DNA of 51,069 nucleotides from Kudoa neothunni. Its lineage: Eukaryota > Animalia > Cnidaria. This document shows, piece by piece, positions 24,018 through 37,285 of the stretch (its first letter is position 1; the number at the start of each line of letters is the position of its first letter). The translations under genes were made by a program, and so were the position numbers. The DNA is taken from assembly GCA_964304625.1 (NCBI GenBank), contig OZ199838.1:17048053-17099121 (forward strand), read 5' to 3'. Below the pieces are notes generated by a model. The model did not search any database, was not told the DNA's origin, and worked only from the letters and a program-made list of their open reading frames with translations.

Positions 24018-24264
24018 TAATTTAAATATTAAATACAGTTGGTAACCGATATTGCACATTTTTTATAAAATTTGTTTGATTATAATTTTAAGTAATTCTA
24101 AGGTTTATGCAAACATATATATATATATATATTCAACTCAACGGTAATTTAGTTAAAATAATTGACTGTATATGATGTAAAATATATACTAGAAATCACG
24201 TGATTTTCCAATTTAATACAATTTTTGGGACCAATCCGTAGTTCCAATATACAATTATTCTCAA

Positions 24265-24296
<32 letters not shown>

Positions 24297-25422
24297 GGCT
24301 ACAAGCAAAGGTGTAAATGTTAAAACATTTCAGCATTAACATATAACTACCCTAAATGACAATTTCGGAAAAAAAAAGATCCAAATTTCACCACTAGATG
24401 AAAAATTTAGAGTTTGTTTTCCATTTTTTTAAGACTTTTTATCTACATGTTATAATGAATCCAAATATTAGCCAATCCAAAATAATGGATTTGTTCAAAC
24501 ATTTAAACTACAGTATCATTTGGTTTCTTCCTGTTATAAAACTTTTATTTAACAGAAAATTTTCAATAAAATGGACAATAATTTGTTTTAAAAAATTCCA
24601 AAAATGATATACATACTTATAATGCGCATGCGCAAAAAGTATGAAAAAATGGAACAAATTTTACACACTTTTTAATGGTTCAGAAGGGATTATTCCGAAT
24701 AGGTATCCCACTGTAATTATACTGATTAATAATCACAGATTTCCTCATTTAAATTTTATTTCCAATATACTCACTATACGTACTTTTGTAATGGGATGAC
24801 TCAATCCGTGCTTCCACGCCTTAATTGAATGACAAAGGATTATATATTTTGATGAAAAATATTTTCGTGATATATAATATTTCAATCGATTGATTAAATT
24901 TATCTTTTAAATTGTTTTTAGTAATTACACATTAAAAAACTCTTATTAGAATTACTATTAATACTGTTGTCATATGATAAATTTAATTAAAATCAATAGC
25001 TAAATTTTTATTATAAAATTTTTTTCATGAACAAATTTATTATAACTGACCACAATGTAGTTCATTATTATTTCTCTCTTTATTTAAACGAATTTTTTTG
25101 TTTATTAAAAATGAAATAATTTATAAATTAAACATTAGCAATTTATTACAGTAAATAATAAATATTTGACTTATTTTAGAATATAATTTTAATCTGTTCT
25201 AATGGGAGTTCTGATTTCATTCTACGAGCATCCCCCTGATTTTTTGGATTAAAACTTTACGTTCTCTGTTATATCTTATATTTTAAATATTTAAGTTTTA
25301 CATGAATTCGAAAAATTTATCATACTTTTTAAAGTGATTTTAGAAAATTATAATTTTATTATATTACTGACATTAATCAATAATAGGCGTATATTTGGTA
25401 ATACACTTGATAAAAAGTAAAA

Positions 25423-26290
25423 CAAAAATTAATCCATAAATAATGAGCAAAGTTAATATGCCAAAGGTTTTACTTGTATTTCTTGTATTAATTGGTAAAT
25501 ATCAATTATTAGTTTACAACTATAAAACCTTAAAATACTTATTATAAGATATGGAATTTGTGCCACCGAAGTAAAAATTTAGTTTCATTAAATGATGATA
25601 GTTAAATAGTTGTGGAGAGATCAAAACTATCTTAAGCGCATGGAAAACCCAAAAAATGAATAAACACTTATCAAAAAGACGAATAGAGTTTCAATCTCAA
25701 TCGACATATTTGGTAAAAAGAAATATTTACATCTCAGCAATTCCAATGGAGCATAATTTCCATTGATGTTATCACAAAAATTTAATTATTTGAAAACTCT
25801 ACGCACATCCTACATAGTTTTTAGAATTCGTATAGAGACCCAAATTATTCCAACATGACAACAACTTATAATCTCTAATTATGTGTTTTATTTAAAATGA
25901 TCATAATCTATTTTGCTTAACTATACCCATAACGTTTGAAAAGAGAAAACACATCCCAAATAACTTATTTATGTTTAAAATTTTAAGGGATATGCAATAT
26001 CTCTTGTAAATGTGACGTTAATAGTTTTATTTGTCTTAGAGTAACTCCTAACAGACATATGTAAAAATTTTAGAACATCCTACATCATAATCAAGAGACT
26101 CTTTTTCTATACAATGAGTAAAATGTTCATTCTAATCGAGTATCACTATGAAGCAAACAACTATTAAATACTATACAGGTATTTTTTATCTGCTATTTGA
26201 GTAGACAACCGGAAAATACCTTACATCTAACTGCAGTATTGATTATATTTATACTTCTAAGTAAATGAAAGATTTTTATTAATGGTATCA
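25423..26290 (+). pseudogene. decayed ADAM paralog (signal + prodomain + start of catalytic domain)
   Basis: Signal exon MPKVLLVFLVLIG|gt; exon LWRDQNYLKRMEN is homologous to LERNSNYLRRLET of the 10.6-kb ADAM; prodomain-like NRVSISIDIFGKKKYLHL (~25682); frameshifted KYL/HLTAVL (~26214). Truncated at transposon sequence near 26.3 kb. Confidence 0.6.
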
Positions 26291-26324
26291 TCTATTCAAA
26301 TGTATACTAAAAGCTGTATTTAAA

Positions 26325-26408
26325 GAAAGTTTGTCCATTGCACATGCGAACCGCTGCAAACACACACACTGACAGACATAAGAGCTTCATATATATATAT
26401 ATAGAAGA
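26325..26408 (-). mobile_element. Helitron-type 5' terminus fragment
   Basis: Reverse complement reads A|TCTTCTATATATATATATGAAG..GTCTGTCAGTGTGTGTG, the same architecture as the 5' ends at ~31333 and ~32116. Confidence 0.6.
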
Positions 26409-26409
26409 T

Positions 26410-27180
26410 AGATTATTTCTAAGGAAATCCTCTTTGGATGGATATAGCTTCCTTTGCAAGAGGAAAAATTGCCACCGAGAATCCCCATTAAGAGCTGAGT
26501 CAATTTTTTCGAATTCGCACCTCTTTTTATATTCCCTCATAAAATTTATATATTTGTGGAGTAGAGGTGTAGAGGTGTAACGACCCAAGAATGACGTATG
26601 AGACAATGTGACATTGGGTCTGCCAATACAGTAGTCGATTGGAAAAATTTTCTAAGAGACGTGTGCCTCTCTTATTTTTTGGAAAACCCGATCAAAATTG
26701 GAGGTCCTGGAATTAAAATTCAGATCGATGAAAGCCTCATTTGTAAAAGGAAATTCGGCGTTGGCAGAATTCTATAAAACCAAAGTGTCTGGATTGTAGA
26801 TGACATTGATAAAAATGGAAATGTTTTTATGGTAGAGACTAAAAAAAGGGATTATGCTACATTAGAAAATATCATCACCAATCATGTTAAAAAATGGTCC
26901 ATAAGTCATTCCGGTGGATGGCGTGGTTACGCATGATTACACAAACTTGGGTATCTTCATGAGACCGTTATTCACGACAATGAATTTGTCTCCTCGACAG
27001 TTGTACACACTGACCGGATTGAAGGTACATGGAGTGTCTTCAAACGGAAGTATAGAAGCATCACCAACAATAAAATATTATTTCTACATATATATCTGAA
27101 TGATGCTTTCGAAGAGTCGGCCAAGACAAACTCGCAACCAAATTAATTAGACAAATTAAAAGCATATATAATTTTAATTA
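26410..27180 (+). pseudogene. Merlin (IS1595/IS1016-like) transposase remnant
   Basis: KIGGPGIKIQIDESLICKRKFGVGR, VWIV, GWRGY, HETVIH..EFV..VHT.RIEGTW; multiple stops. Confidence 0.88.
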
Positions 27181-28014
27181 ATAGTTATTGTCTTCTCATA
27201 AATTTGCGTGATGTTTCGAGAATATTTAGCTCTATAAAAGACACAACGTTAAGTGATCTTAATGGTATCAATTATCATATTCACTAAATTTTGATATTTT
27301 GAAATATTTTATGATTAAGTTAAAGAAACATTTCAATATTTAACAAAAAAATATAATATTAAAAGTTAGCATATTCCAATTGTTCAATTTTAGCTTGTTT
27401 GAAACTTAAAGCGTTTAATTAAGTTGGGTCAAATAAAAATTTAACTGAGAAAGGTTTAGATTTGACTAAGTCTGTAATTAGAATAGACAGAAAATATACG
27501 GTTTTTACGTCTTTAAGTAAGCATATTCATCATCAATTAATTATTTCACGTTACCTCTAACCTACTAGTATAAGATAAAAAATATATTTTGGAAAAATAA
27601 TTTTTTGCTTGAAAAAGTTATTATATAAGAAAGGTAATTTATGAAATCAATTATTCCAAATTCTAGCTGCAGACATTATTAAGTGTCATCCACTGAATAA
27701 TGTCGCATGATTTTGTTTACAATTAAATTATTAAAATATAATTAATCCATGTTTTTTCAATTTTATTCTAATAATTTTTTTTATAATTTTAAGCCAACAT
27801 TTTACATACATGTATTATAATATTAAAATTTCTTCACGCCTGTGTAATTCACAATATCCAAAACATGTATATTTCTCTTTAATATAATTAGTAGATGTAA
27901 CATGCGATTTAATATTAGTTACATTAATAAGTTTATCGAATATCACTATAAATTGAATTAAATCCTTGCTATTGCATAATATATAAATCTAGCATAATTA
28001 CATATAAACTTGTA

Positions 28015-29898
28015 GGGTTTCTCAATTGAACTCGGCACCATTTTCATTTTGGTTCCAACAATAATTCATATTTAGACGTTTAAATCACTTAGATGTAACT
28101 ATAAATTTAATTTTTAATAACGAATAATTAAAAGAAAAAAAATATATATATACATATCTCATAACTTACAATTATGATGACACTACTCTACATACTCGAA
28201 TCATTGTGCTGTAAAGTTAATGTTTTGCAATTTAAATAATTATTTTTCTTTTAAACATATTTTTAAATATTATTAAAGATTAGAGCGTATATCCATATTA
28301 AGTTTGGTGTTAAATAGTGTTACTAAATTTCTTACATAAATAGAAACAACAAAACTTTAAATCCGATATTTATATATTTTTTATTCTAAGATAATTTCTC
28401 CATGAGATGACCTGGTAATGTATCCTAACATTTTGCGGTAGAATCCATCGCATTGTTGTAGAGTAATTTCTTTAAAGCAATCATTAATGGTCACTCTTAA
28501 TTCATTTTCATTTTTGGATTGCCTACAGATGACCAGGTTTATCCAAACAGAGAAGACATTTTCTATGGGATTAAGAAAATGGTTATAAGGTGGTAAATAC
28601 CTTATTGGGATATTTTCTCTAACAACCAAATCTTTTAATCCCGTGTAATGATGAATTTTGGCATTATCCTTTACGAAAATCGATTGATGCACACCTTTCG
28701 TTATACAGGAATTCTTAAAGTCCTCCCCTGTAACCGCCTTGTCGTGTATTTTGCTGTAAATTATTCTATTTTTATTTACAGCTGCGACAACAGAAATATT
28801 CCTACTTCTAGTAGCGAAACAAAGCAATAGGCTGACGTTCCTTTTAACGATCTATCTCTTTTAGGTCGCGTCACAACAGAGAACCCTACTTCATCGAGGA
28901 AAACAATACTCTCATGAGTCACCGTCGTTTCCAACTCCCTGAACATTTCTGCATATTCCTTTCTTTTTTGAATGGTGGTTTCGCAGTTTCTTCTCTCCGG
29001 CATTCTCACTAAGTTTTTTAGAGTATAGTGAAATTGTCCAATCACCCTGTCGATTGTACTAAGCGACACAACAATTCCAAAATCCTCATGGACTTTATTT
29101 TTTCCTTCTGTTCGGGAGAAAGAACAGGTCGTCTATTTCCGCCTCTAGGTTTCGGTTCAAGAGTTCTACTCATCCTGAATTTGGATAAAATAGACCAGAC
29201 AGTAGACCCAGGCAGACGCATCTCCGATGCAATATAGGTATCACTCCTCCCCTTTTCAAAAAAGTTGAACATTTGCTTTCTCAGTTCAGACGATATTGTT
29301 TTCCGTTGAACTCGTTTCTTAGGCTCCAAAATAATTAGAAATTCATTGTCATCGGAAATAGAACCATCAGATTCAATTAAATTGTTATTTCTCTCTTCTG
29401 GATTCATTGCACTATGAAATTTCTTTGCGACAACACAATTATAGTAACCAATGAGTTCGGTCAGAAAACGTCACACGTGGTTGACAGAATTAGAGAATTC
29501 TGATGATAAGACCATTATCTGAGATACGAAAGAAACATATTCAGTTTACCATATTTTTAATGCGCTGCCTCGATCTTTTGATCGTATTTATTATACGAGG
29601 TCTTTTGTTCCTGAGTCTAAGGTTGATATTATATTGGTTCTTTCTATGATATAATTTTCTTAAAAATAAATTTTAAAGAGGAATTATTATATGGTACCTA
29701 TTAAAGGTTACACAAAAATTTATTGGGGAAATCGAATTAAACTTGTTTTTAACATGTAATATATTATGTGTTTTCCATTGATATTTATTTATTTTTTTTT
29801 ACGGGAATAACTAATAAACGTTTACTAAAAATATCATTAATGTTCAAATATGAACTATTGTTGGAACCAAAATGGCGCCGAGTTCAATTGAGAAACCC
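28015..29898 (-). mobile_element. IS630/Tc1-mariner superfamily DD34E element
   Basis: TA|GGGTTTCTCAATTGAACTCGGCACCATTTT... and ...AAAATGGCGCCGAGTTCAATTGAGAAACCC|TA; TIRs of ~55 bp. Confidence 0.95.
28381..29407 (-). pseudogene. DD34E transposase split by frameshifts
   Basis: Three overlapping ORFs: HTH + PRGG, then FLDEVGF, then DNAKIH...YLPPY..FLNPIE with 34 residues between the second D and E. Confidence 0.92.
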
Positions 29899-30253
29899 TA
29901 TATAATAATTAACAGGCATGTTATTCATAATATAGATTTTGTGTATTTTTGTATTATTGATATTATTACGGACAAATTAATTTCTTATATGGGAGATAAA
30001 TAAATATTAATTTGTTCAACACACTGAACAATATAAAACCTAAAAATTAAAAATAACCTAACTTTAAAAAATAAATTGAAACAATTTTAGTGGACAAAAA
30101 GTTTTCTTTTAAAAAATAAAAAACAAGTACAAAAATTTATAAAATAAAATAGATTATCTCCAGTATTTTTACACTTATTAAATTACATTAAATAAAAAAT
30201 ATATATCTATAATAAGCGTTTTTTTGATAATAAATGTAGAAATTAACTATTAA

Positions 30254-31333
30254 CTAGCGAAACTGCCCAGCGTTGCTTGGGGAAGATTTCGCATAGATAC
30301 GCGTTTCTTAACAATATTCGAAAAATATATTAAAACCTAAAATTAACCCATAGATGCAAAATAAATAAAAAAATTTAAGCAATATACTTTAACGATTTTG
30401 ATTATGAAGTTTAAATTATGTTCATTTAAGATTTCGTGGCTCGGCACTAACGCTAAATAAGTTAAGGTCAGCATCGTATTTTTTTCATTCCTGAATTGTT
30501 TAAATCCCGTTTAAGTGTTATGTAAAACGTTATTTTTTGGCCGGAGGATTTTTAAAAGTTGAATTGTGGCCCGTTCGATAACTGCGTGTACCATTAACTT
30601 TTTAAGAGATAAAAAAATGGAGAAAGTAATAGAGATAGAAGAAAACGTATGAAAATTAATATCCTTTGTTCCGCAAAAATTCTAATGCGCTTTTTATAAC
30701 AAATAATTAAAATAATCGGATGAAATAACCATCTGCACTTAATTGAATCACTGAAAGTTCAACATAACGGACGGTTTCAATGAAATCTACGGACACAACA
30801 CTTGCGTTATAGTGCTTCAATCTATCTGATTATAACACATATAACCAACTAAATAATAATGCAAATATTGACATTTTTTCATATCTAAATCCATTGATAG
30901 AGCCTTCAGAATGTGCTTATCAAGTCAATTACATTAAAACTCCCGATATAAGGAATTTATTTGTGCAAACAATAAAATAAACGCATAAATCTTATATGTA
31001 AAGACAGGTGGCATCATTCAATTAACATATGATAGAGTATATAAGGGAGATAGTTAACTTCAACCGACCATCACCATAACGTAAGCAAACGATAATCCTA
31101 TAGTTGAACTCATGTAATCCGATAAACAACTTTAAATCGACAAAATCACTATTTCATAAATACCATTTGGAAACTTTAGTAGTCCGAAAACAATTAAACG
31201 ATTTTTTAAATATCACAAATTTATAAAAATTTTATATATGACTATCTCTTTAGGGAAAAAGTTATCCGCACTTGCGTACTTAGGGGCATACACACACAAA
31301 CATACCGACAGTCCTCCTTTATATATATACATA
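30254..31333 (-). mobile_element. non-autonomous Helitron A
   Basis: Minus-strand 3' end CCCAAGCAACGCTGGG hairpin + CAGTTTCGCTAG|T; 5' end TATGTATATATATAAAGGAGGACTGTCGGTATGTTTGTGTGTG. Confidence 0.78.
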
Positions 31334-32117
31334 CTAGCGCAAAAACCCCGCTTCGCTTTGGTTTCCTTGCCCGGCCACCCTGATAAAAGCCGTGAGCGGG
31401 CGAAGGTCATTTTAAGTTCAAAGTCAATTATAATTATCTTATCGACCTTTCTAGAACAGCCATAATCGAAATAAACAGCAATGACCCGATCATCATCACT
31501 TTCTTCGTCATCAGACTTTATTTTCATTTAGAAATCATAAGTTCTTACAAATCATGAGGCGTATTAATCGTTTTACCCAACCCGTCGATGAACTAACTAA
31601 TCTAAAAGTTTGTTAACAATGTTTTACTTAATCATAACGTTCTAACATAATTTTATGTTTATTTAAAAAAATATAACTTTTTATCTTTAACTAAACGTGC
31701 AAAGTGAATAATATATTCAAGCGTATTGATTTATTAATTTCCCGTTTAAGCAACAAATCTTTGTTTGCACAGAAACCCCGCCAACGCACGAACAAATGTT
31801 GTAATTAGTCTTAAGTACGTTCAAAAGTAGAAAAGAGTAAACTTTCAAAGTTTCAGTTGTATATAAATACAGAAAATTAGAGTTATCTACGAATATCATT
31901 GAACATTATAGCGTATCATGTGTAGTGGTAATCTCATTGTCATCAGCGCTAATCTGTTTGAACTAAGTTTACACTACAAATTAACCACTTTATAAGAAAG
32001 CAGGCAACCTCTTGGTATTTTTTTAAAGTATACTAAGAAATTCAAATAGTCTAAAAAGTCTCTGTATGAAGAGAAGATTAATGCACACACAGACACTACT
32101 ACTTTATATATATATTA
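31334..32117 (-). mobile_element. non-autonomous Helitron B
   Basis: Minus-strand 3' end TGGCCGGGCAAGGAAACCAAAGCGAAGCGGGGTTTTTGCGCTAG; 5' end ATATATATATAAAGTAGTAGTGTCTGTGTGTG. Confidence 0.75.
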
Positions 32118-32479
32118 AATTTAATAAAGTACGTTGAACGTTTAAATAACGTTTGCATCTCATGACTCCATAATTTTTTATCAATCGATTAATTGAATTA
32201 ATTCTTTATTATTTCGCCTAAAATCTTCCACCCCCAATCACTTTAATATTGATGTTCTGCGTCTGACACTCTAATATTATGCAATGGAAATTTCTTCTTG
32301 TCTCCCCTAAACATTTGATTTTGAATAAATTGTTAGCAAGTAAACTATATCGTACGATGGCATTCTTATTGTCCATAGAGTCAATCTTATTTTTGACTGT
32401 ACACATCGAGACATTTCACACTCAACCGCGCTTTACAATAGTTGTTCACATGGGTAGACAATATACTATGTACAATTCA

Positions 32480-35400
32480 TAGAATCGTTCAACGCTACGA
32501 CTAAGTAGGCGAATACAAGAGAGGAGAGCATTGGAAACAACATTATGGCAGGGGTGTGATTTTTAATAGCAATCAATGCATATTTCTAATCGAAACCCAC
32601 CTGCTTCTACTTCTTCTCAGGAGACACCCCTACACTCACAACGTAATTGCCGACGAGCAAAGAGAACGAAGACGAGAAGCAAATAGAGTAAGAAATAGAA
32701 ATCGACGTGTATGTGAGACGACTCAACAGAGTCCTGCAGTGTCACCTATAAATGAACACAACACAGGATCAGACAGTAAATTTGTACCTGAACCTTATTA
32801 CACTCCTGTTCTATTAGGTCAACAAACGCGAAGTATGCCTGATGATACTTGGAATATGGTCGCTTTGCATTACGACCTTTGCTACAACATGAAAATGAAA
32901 CGAATATTACAATTTGGAAAATGTCGAAAATTTGTCCAAAATGCCGCGCTAAGAAGTGGATAAACGAATTTTCGGGTATGTGTTGTTCCGGCGGTAATGT
33001 TATTTTGGACACACTACCTGATTCATCTCATTTTCTATGAAGACTCCGGAATTTCAAGACACTTTCTACAAAATATCCGAAAATACAACTGCACTTTCCA
33101 GATGACATCTTTTGGAGCGAACGTAATTTGTAGGGACAGATTCATGCCTACTTTACTTTTAAGGTTCACGGTCGAATGTGTCATCGAATTGAATCGCTAT
33201 TGACTTCTGAAAATGAGCAACGAAATTCTTGCGATTATATTTCATACAAAACATGTATTTTCAAGCTCAAAATCGATCCAACATGTATCTCCAGCATAGG
33301 CATGATATTATTTTAGCGCTTCAAGATATGTATGTTACACAGACACACTAGCTACATCCACAGTTTTAGGCATGACTTAGAAATGCACCCGTCTTCTGAT
33401 TTTGATATAATCATAAACGATGCCAAACTTCCATAGGTAGAAAATGAGAGAAAATACAACTCTCCAACCTGAAATGAGGTGGCCATCGCAATGTCGGATG
33501 AGCAGCATTGTACGAGGGATATTGTTTTGAGGAGTACAAACAACAAACTTCAGAGGATAAGCGAAACATACAGATCGCATTATGTTTTGCAATATCCATT
33601 AACTAATGTCTATGGTCAAGATGGTTACCATTTTCGTATTCTACAGATTGACGCAAACGAAAGTGCTACAGGTAAGGATTTATATTCTTTTTATTTTATG
33701 GAAAGGGAAAATAGTTTTAACATGCTTCATCACTTTGGGATATTATTCCTACAATATGCTGTAGGTATGTTTGGAAGATGGAATCAGAGAGACTTTGTTT
33801 TATCAGAGCGAAACAAGATTAACTTCGTGTTGAATCTTGCATCAATTTAATTGATAGCATTAGTAGCGACGGTGAAATAAATGGGCGGGATGATTGTACA
33901 TTTCGCCGTCGACTTTCGCTTTCGTAGGTTCACCATGCTATATGAACGTGAAAATGCAGCCTGTTGTTGTAACTAAGTTATGAATGCTAGCGCCAGTAAA
34001 AGAAAACAGTTTGAAAGTAAAACAACAAAGGGGATTAGACTAATGATAAATTACTACAATGTTTAAATGCTACATTTTTGTATTGAAGCAACCCGCGTTG
34101 TGGCGTGAACTCGTCGTGGAATACGTGATGTTTGGAGATATTCATTTACCGACGTCTTGTAGGATAAGGTTATGAAATGGATGTTAAGGAATGAGTATTT
34201 CTATTTGTTGAATATTGGGAAGAATCATTTACGATGATTATGAATCACATTAGTCGGTTGCTAGGAAAAAGTTAAGTGTTGTACTTTGGAGCTGGGAGGA
34301 GGTTATAATACTTAACGTTGTTAAAAGAAGAGATTATGTACATGACACTTGCCATGACCTACGTTCGATGTTTTAGAGGGCCAGACCTATTTATAACATT
34401 CACATGTAATCCATTTTGGAGCTAACTGAATGAAGAGTTATTTCCTGGCCAAGCATCTAAAGAGAGACTGGACATAGTAGATAGAGTATTCAACTTGAAG
34501 TTAAATGTTTTGATGATTTTAATTCATAAATTGAAGTTTTATGGTGAAATTCAGTGTTATATGTATAGTATTGAGTGACAGAAAAGAGGGCTTCCACACG
34601 CTCATATATTGGTCTAGATGAACCAGAAACTGCGTTCCAATGATATCGACAAATTCATATCGAACGAATTACCAGACCCAGGTGTAGATCCAGTATTGCT
34701 CCAGATTGTAAGAACAACCATGGTCTCTGTGGTGCGTTGAATCCAAAAAGCCCGTGAATGTATGATCAGAGAGAATGCACCAAAAACTATCCCAGACGAA
34801 TACTGAAAGATATCATGTTTACAGAAGAAAACCTGAAGATGGGGTTTTCGGGCGTCAATCCATCTGAACAACGATAGGGAAATCATCATAGAAAATAAGT
34901 GGATTGTTCCCTATTGTCCTTTGTTGACGAAGATTTTCAATACTCATATTAATGTAGAGTATTACAATTCAGTCAAGACCCCCAAATATATATGCAAGTA
35001 TGTAAACAAAGGTTTTGATGCGACCATGTTTGCTGCTAATCAAGAAGATCGTTTGGATGAAGTTTCCAATTACCAGCCTGGTCGCTACATAAGCAGTAGT
35101 GAGAGATTTCGGAGATCCTTCGACTTCAATAATCACAGTCATTCTTCAACCATAGAGCATTTAAGCGTCCATTTGGAGAACGGTCAACGTATTTATTTCA
35201 CCGACGAAACTTTGTTGAATCGGTTACAAAATCCAAAGGGACACGAGATTAACCGCTTTTTCAGCCTATGCCAGAATGACGAATTCGCTCTGTCTCATCT
35301 TATTACATATGGTCGGATAATAGTTGGCATTGGGAAAAGAGGATGTCCAGTTGAAGGCCATCCAGGCATACGATTCGACTCTACAATAGGAAGAGTTTAC

Positions 35401-37285
35401 AGTGTACATCTTTCACATCAAGAATGTTTTTATTTGAGGATGTTGCTCCATTGTGTAAATGGGCCTAAAACTTTTGAAAATCATAAAAAGGTTCACGGCC
35501 AGGTATATCCAATATTCCTTGAAGCGTGCAATGAAAGTGATTTGTTGAAGGGAGACAACCACTGAGAATGTATATTAAGGGAAGCTGCTCATGCAAACAG
35601 TCCACGTCAATTACGAAAATTATTCGCACAGTTGATCAGAAATTGCGAAATGCGCCAGCTTCATAAACTGTGGTTACTTTTTAGGAAACCTATGTCGGAA
35701 GGTTAGCGGTATCAACTGTAACAAACCAATTTAATGCCAAACGTGATTTTTAATTCTGACATTTTTAACATGACCCTAATTGACACAGACAACACTTGAT
35801 TCAAATGGATGGAGTAATGTTAAATTCATACGGATTTCCTCATTTGGACAAAACATTTTGCGTCCCTCTTCCAAACAAAATCCAGAGAGAGTTTCCTACA
35901 ACACTGAACAATTATCCGAGTTGGTTGAAATAAACATGACGAAACTGACAACTGACCGACGATTTGCATTCAAAACAGTGTTGGGGAGCATTTATTACGA
36001 TATAGGTGTTTGTAACGTTTTTTTTTGGTGCACCAGGTAATATAGTTCAGAAATTAATGACAAAACTTTTATTTGCCGAATTAAGAATAGATTCTAAAAT
36101 TTCCTTTCTGTTACTTCTCCGGGTATTGCTGCCACCTTATTACTAGGGAGTAGCACCGCCCACAGTATATTTATGTTGCTAATCGCGATTAAGGGTGATG
36201 GTGCCGAAGTATGTGCAATCAGCAAGGAGGCAGGTTTGTCCCAATTGTTGACCAGATGCACGATCATCATATGGGATGAATGCACGTTGGCAAACAGAGT
36301 GTTTTTCGTAGCTTTAAATAGAAGAATAAGGGATTTAACATACAAAAACATTCCATTTGGCGGAATCACAATGATTTTGTCCGGCGATTTTAGTTAAACT
36401 CTACCCTTAATAACGAGAGGTACAAGATATGACCAAGTAAAATGTTCCATAAAGTTCTCTTCCACATGGGCAAACGTTAAACCATCCATCTCACCGCCAA
36501 TATTTGAGTGCAAATCATCAACGAATAAGGAGCCAGTCAATCTATTTCAGAAATACTACGGATTGGTGATGATCAACTTACCATTGAGTTCGATGGATGT
36601 ATCCTCTATGCTCCGTGTCAAACCTGGTTTTGTTCATGGATGAATTGATAGACCGTATTTTACTAGAAATACAAACACTTTTCATACGCAAATTGGCTGT
36701 CAGAACGAACTATCTAAACCCCCACAAACCATTCCGTAAACAAAATCAATGATAGATTGATCCGTCTTATTCCAGGCGACTCTTCAGTGTATAAACCATA
36801 TGTCACTGTTGTGAACAAATATCAGTGTGTCAATTTCCCTGTTGAATTCCTCAACAGTCTAGACTCTAGAGCTTTCGGGGGTTCCTTCGCACAAGATTCT
36901 TCTAAAGTTAGCCATTCCAATTATATTGCTAAGAAGTTTGGATTCACCAAGGTTGTGTTACGGCACTCGTATAATGGTAAAGTCGCTAATGTCTTATCTT
37001 ATTTTGGCCACTATCGTAACTGGTTGTGCCTAAGAGAATGTAAATATTCCGATTGCTCCTTCAGACGCCACCTTTAATTTTAGAAGACTGCTATTTCCCA
37101 TCAAACCATGCTTTGCAATGTTCGTAAATAAGGCCCAAGACCAAACCTTCAAAGTTGCCAATTTAAATTTGGAGGAACCGCGTTTTTCTCATGAGCAGTT
37201 GTATGTCGCCAACTCCAGGGTAGGTTCCAAACACAATTTATACAGTTTTTCTCCAAATGAATGGTCGGACCAAAAATATAGTTTA
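32480..37285 (+). pseudogene. Helitron RepHel (HUH Rep + PIF1 helicase) pseudogene
   Basis: CPKCRAKKW..CCSGG, NIRKYN..FQMTSFG, LQYPL, Rep motifs PDLFITFTCNP (34381), IE*QKRGLPHAHIL (34570) and KYICKYVNKG; helicase IIWDEC, PFGGITMILSGDF, FAM.VNKAQ.QT and FSHEQLYVA.SRV. Many stops and frameshifts. Confidence 0.95.
33962..34347 (-). mobile_element. probable solo LTR inserted into the Helitron Rep region
   Basis: 386-bp insert splits GSPxYMNVKMQ | AMTYVR. On the minus strand it reads TGTCATGT...ACAACAACA (TG..CA termini). The TSD is not clean. Confidence 0.6.

Noticed and set aside
24110-24296. (AT)n tracts, and (GAT)n near 39314-39333
   Set aside because: Ordinary microsatellites with no further structure.
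26410-27180. Bacterial IS1595 insertion or contamination
   Set aside because: Multiple decayed copies are embedded among intron-containing genes and eukaryotic TEs, consistent with eukaryotic Merlin.
34570-35565. TGA at conserved Trp positions (IE*QKRG, DNH*; also in piggyBac 2), suggesting an alternative genetic code
   Set aside because: These occur only in decayed TEs that also have TAA/TAG stops and frameshifts. Intact genes use TGG for Trp and TGA as a normal stop (1265-1267).
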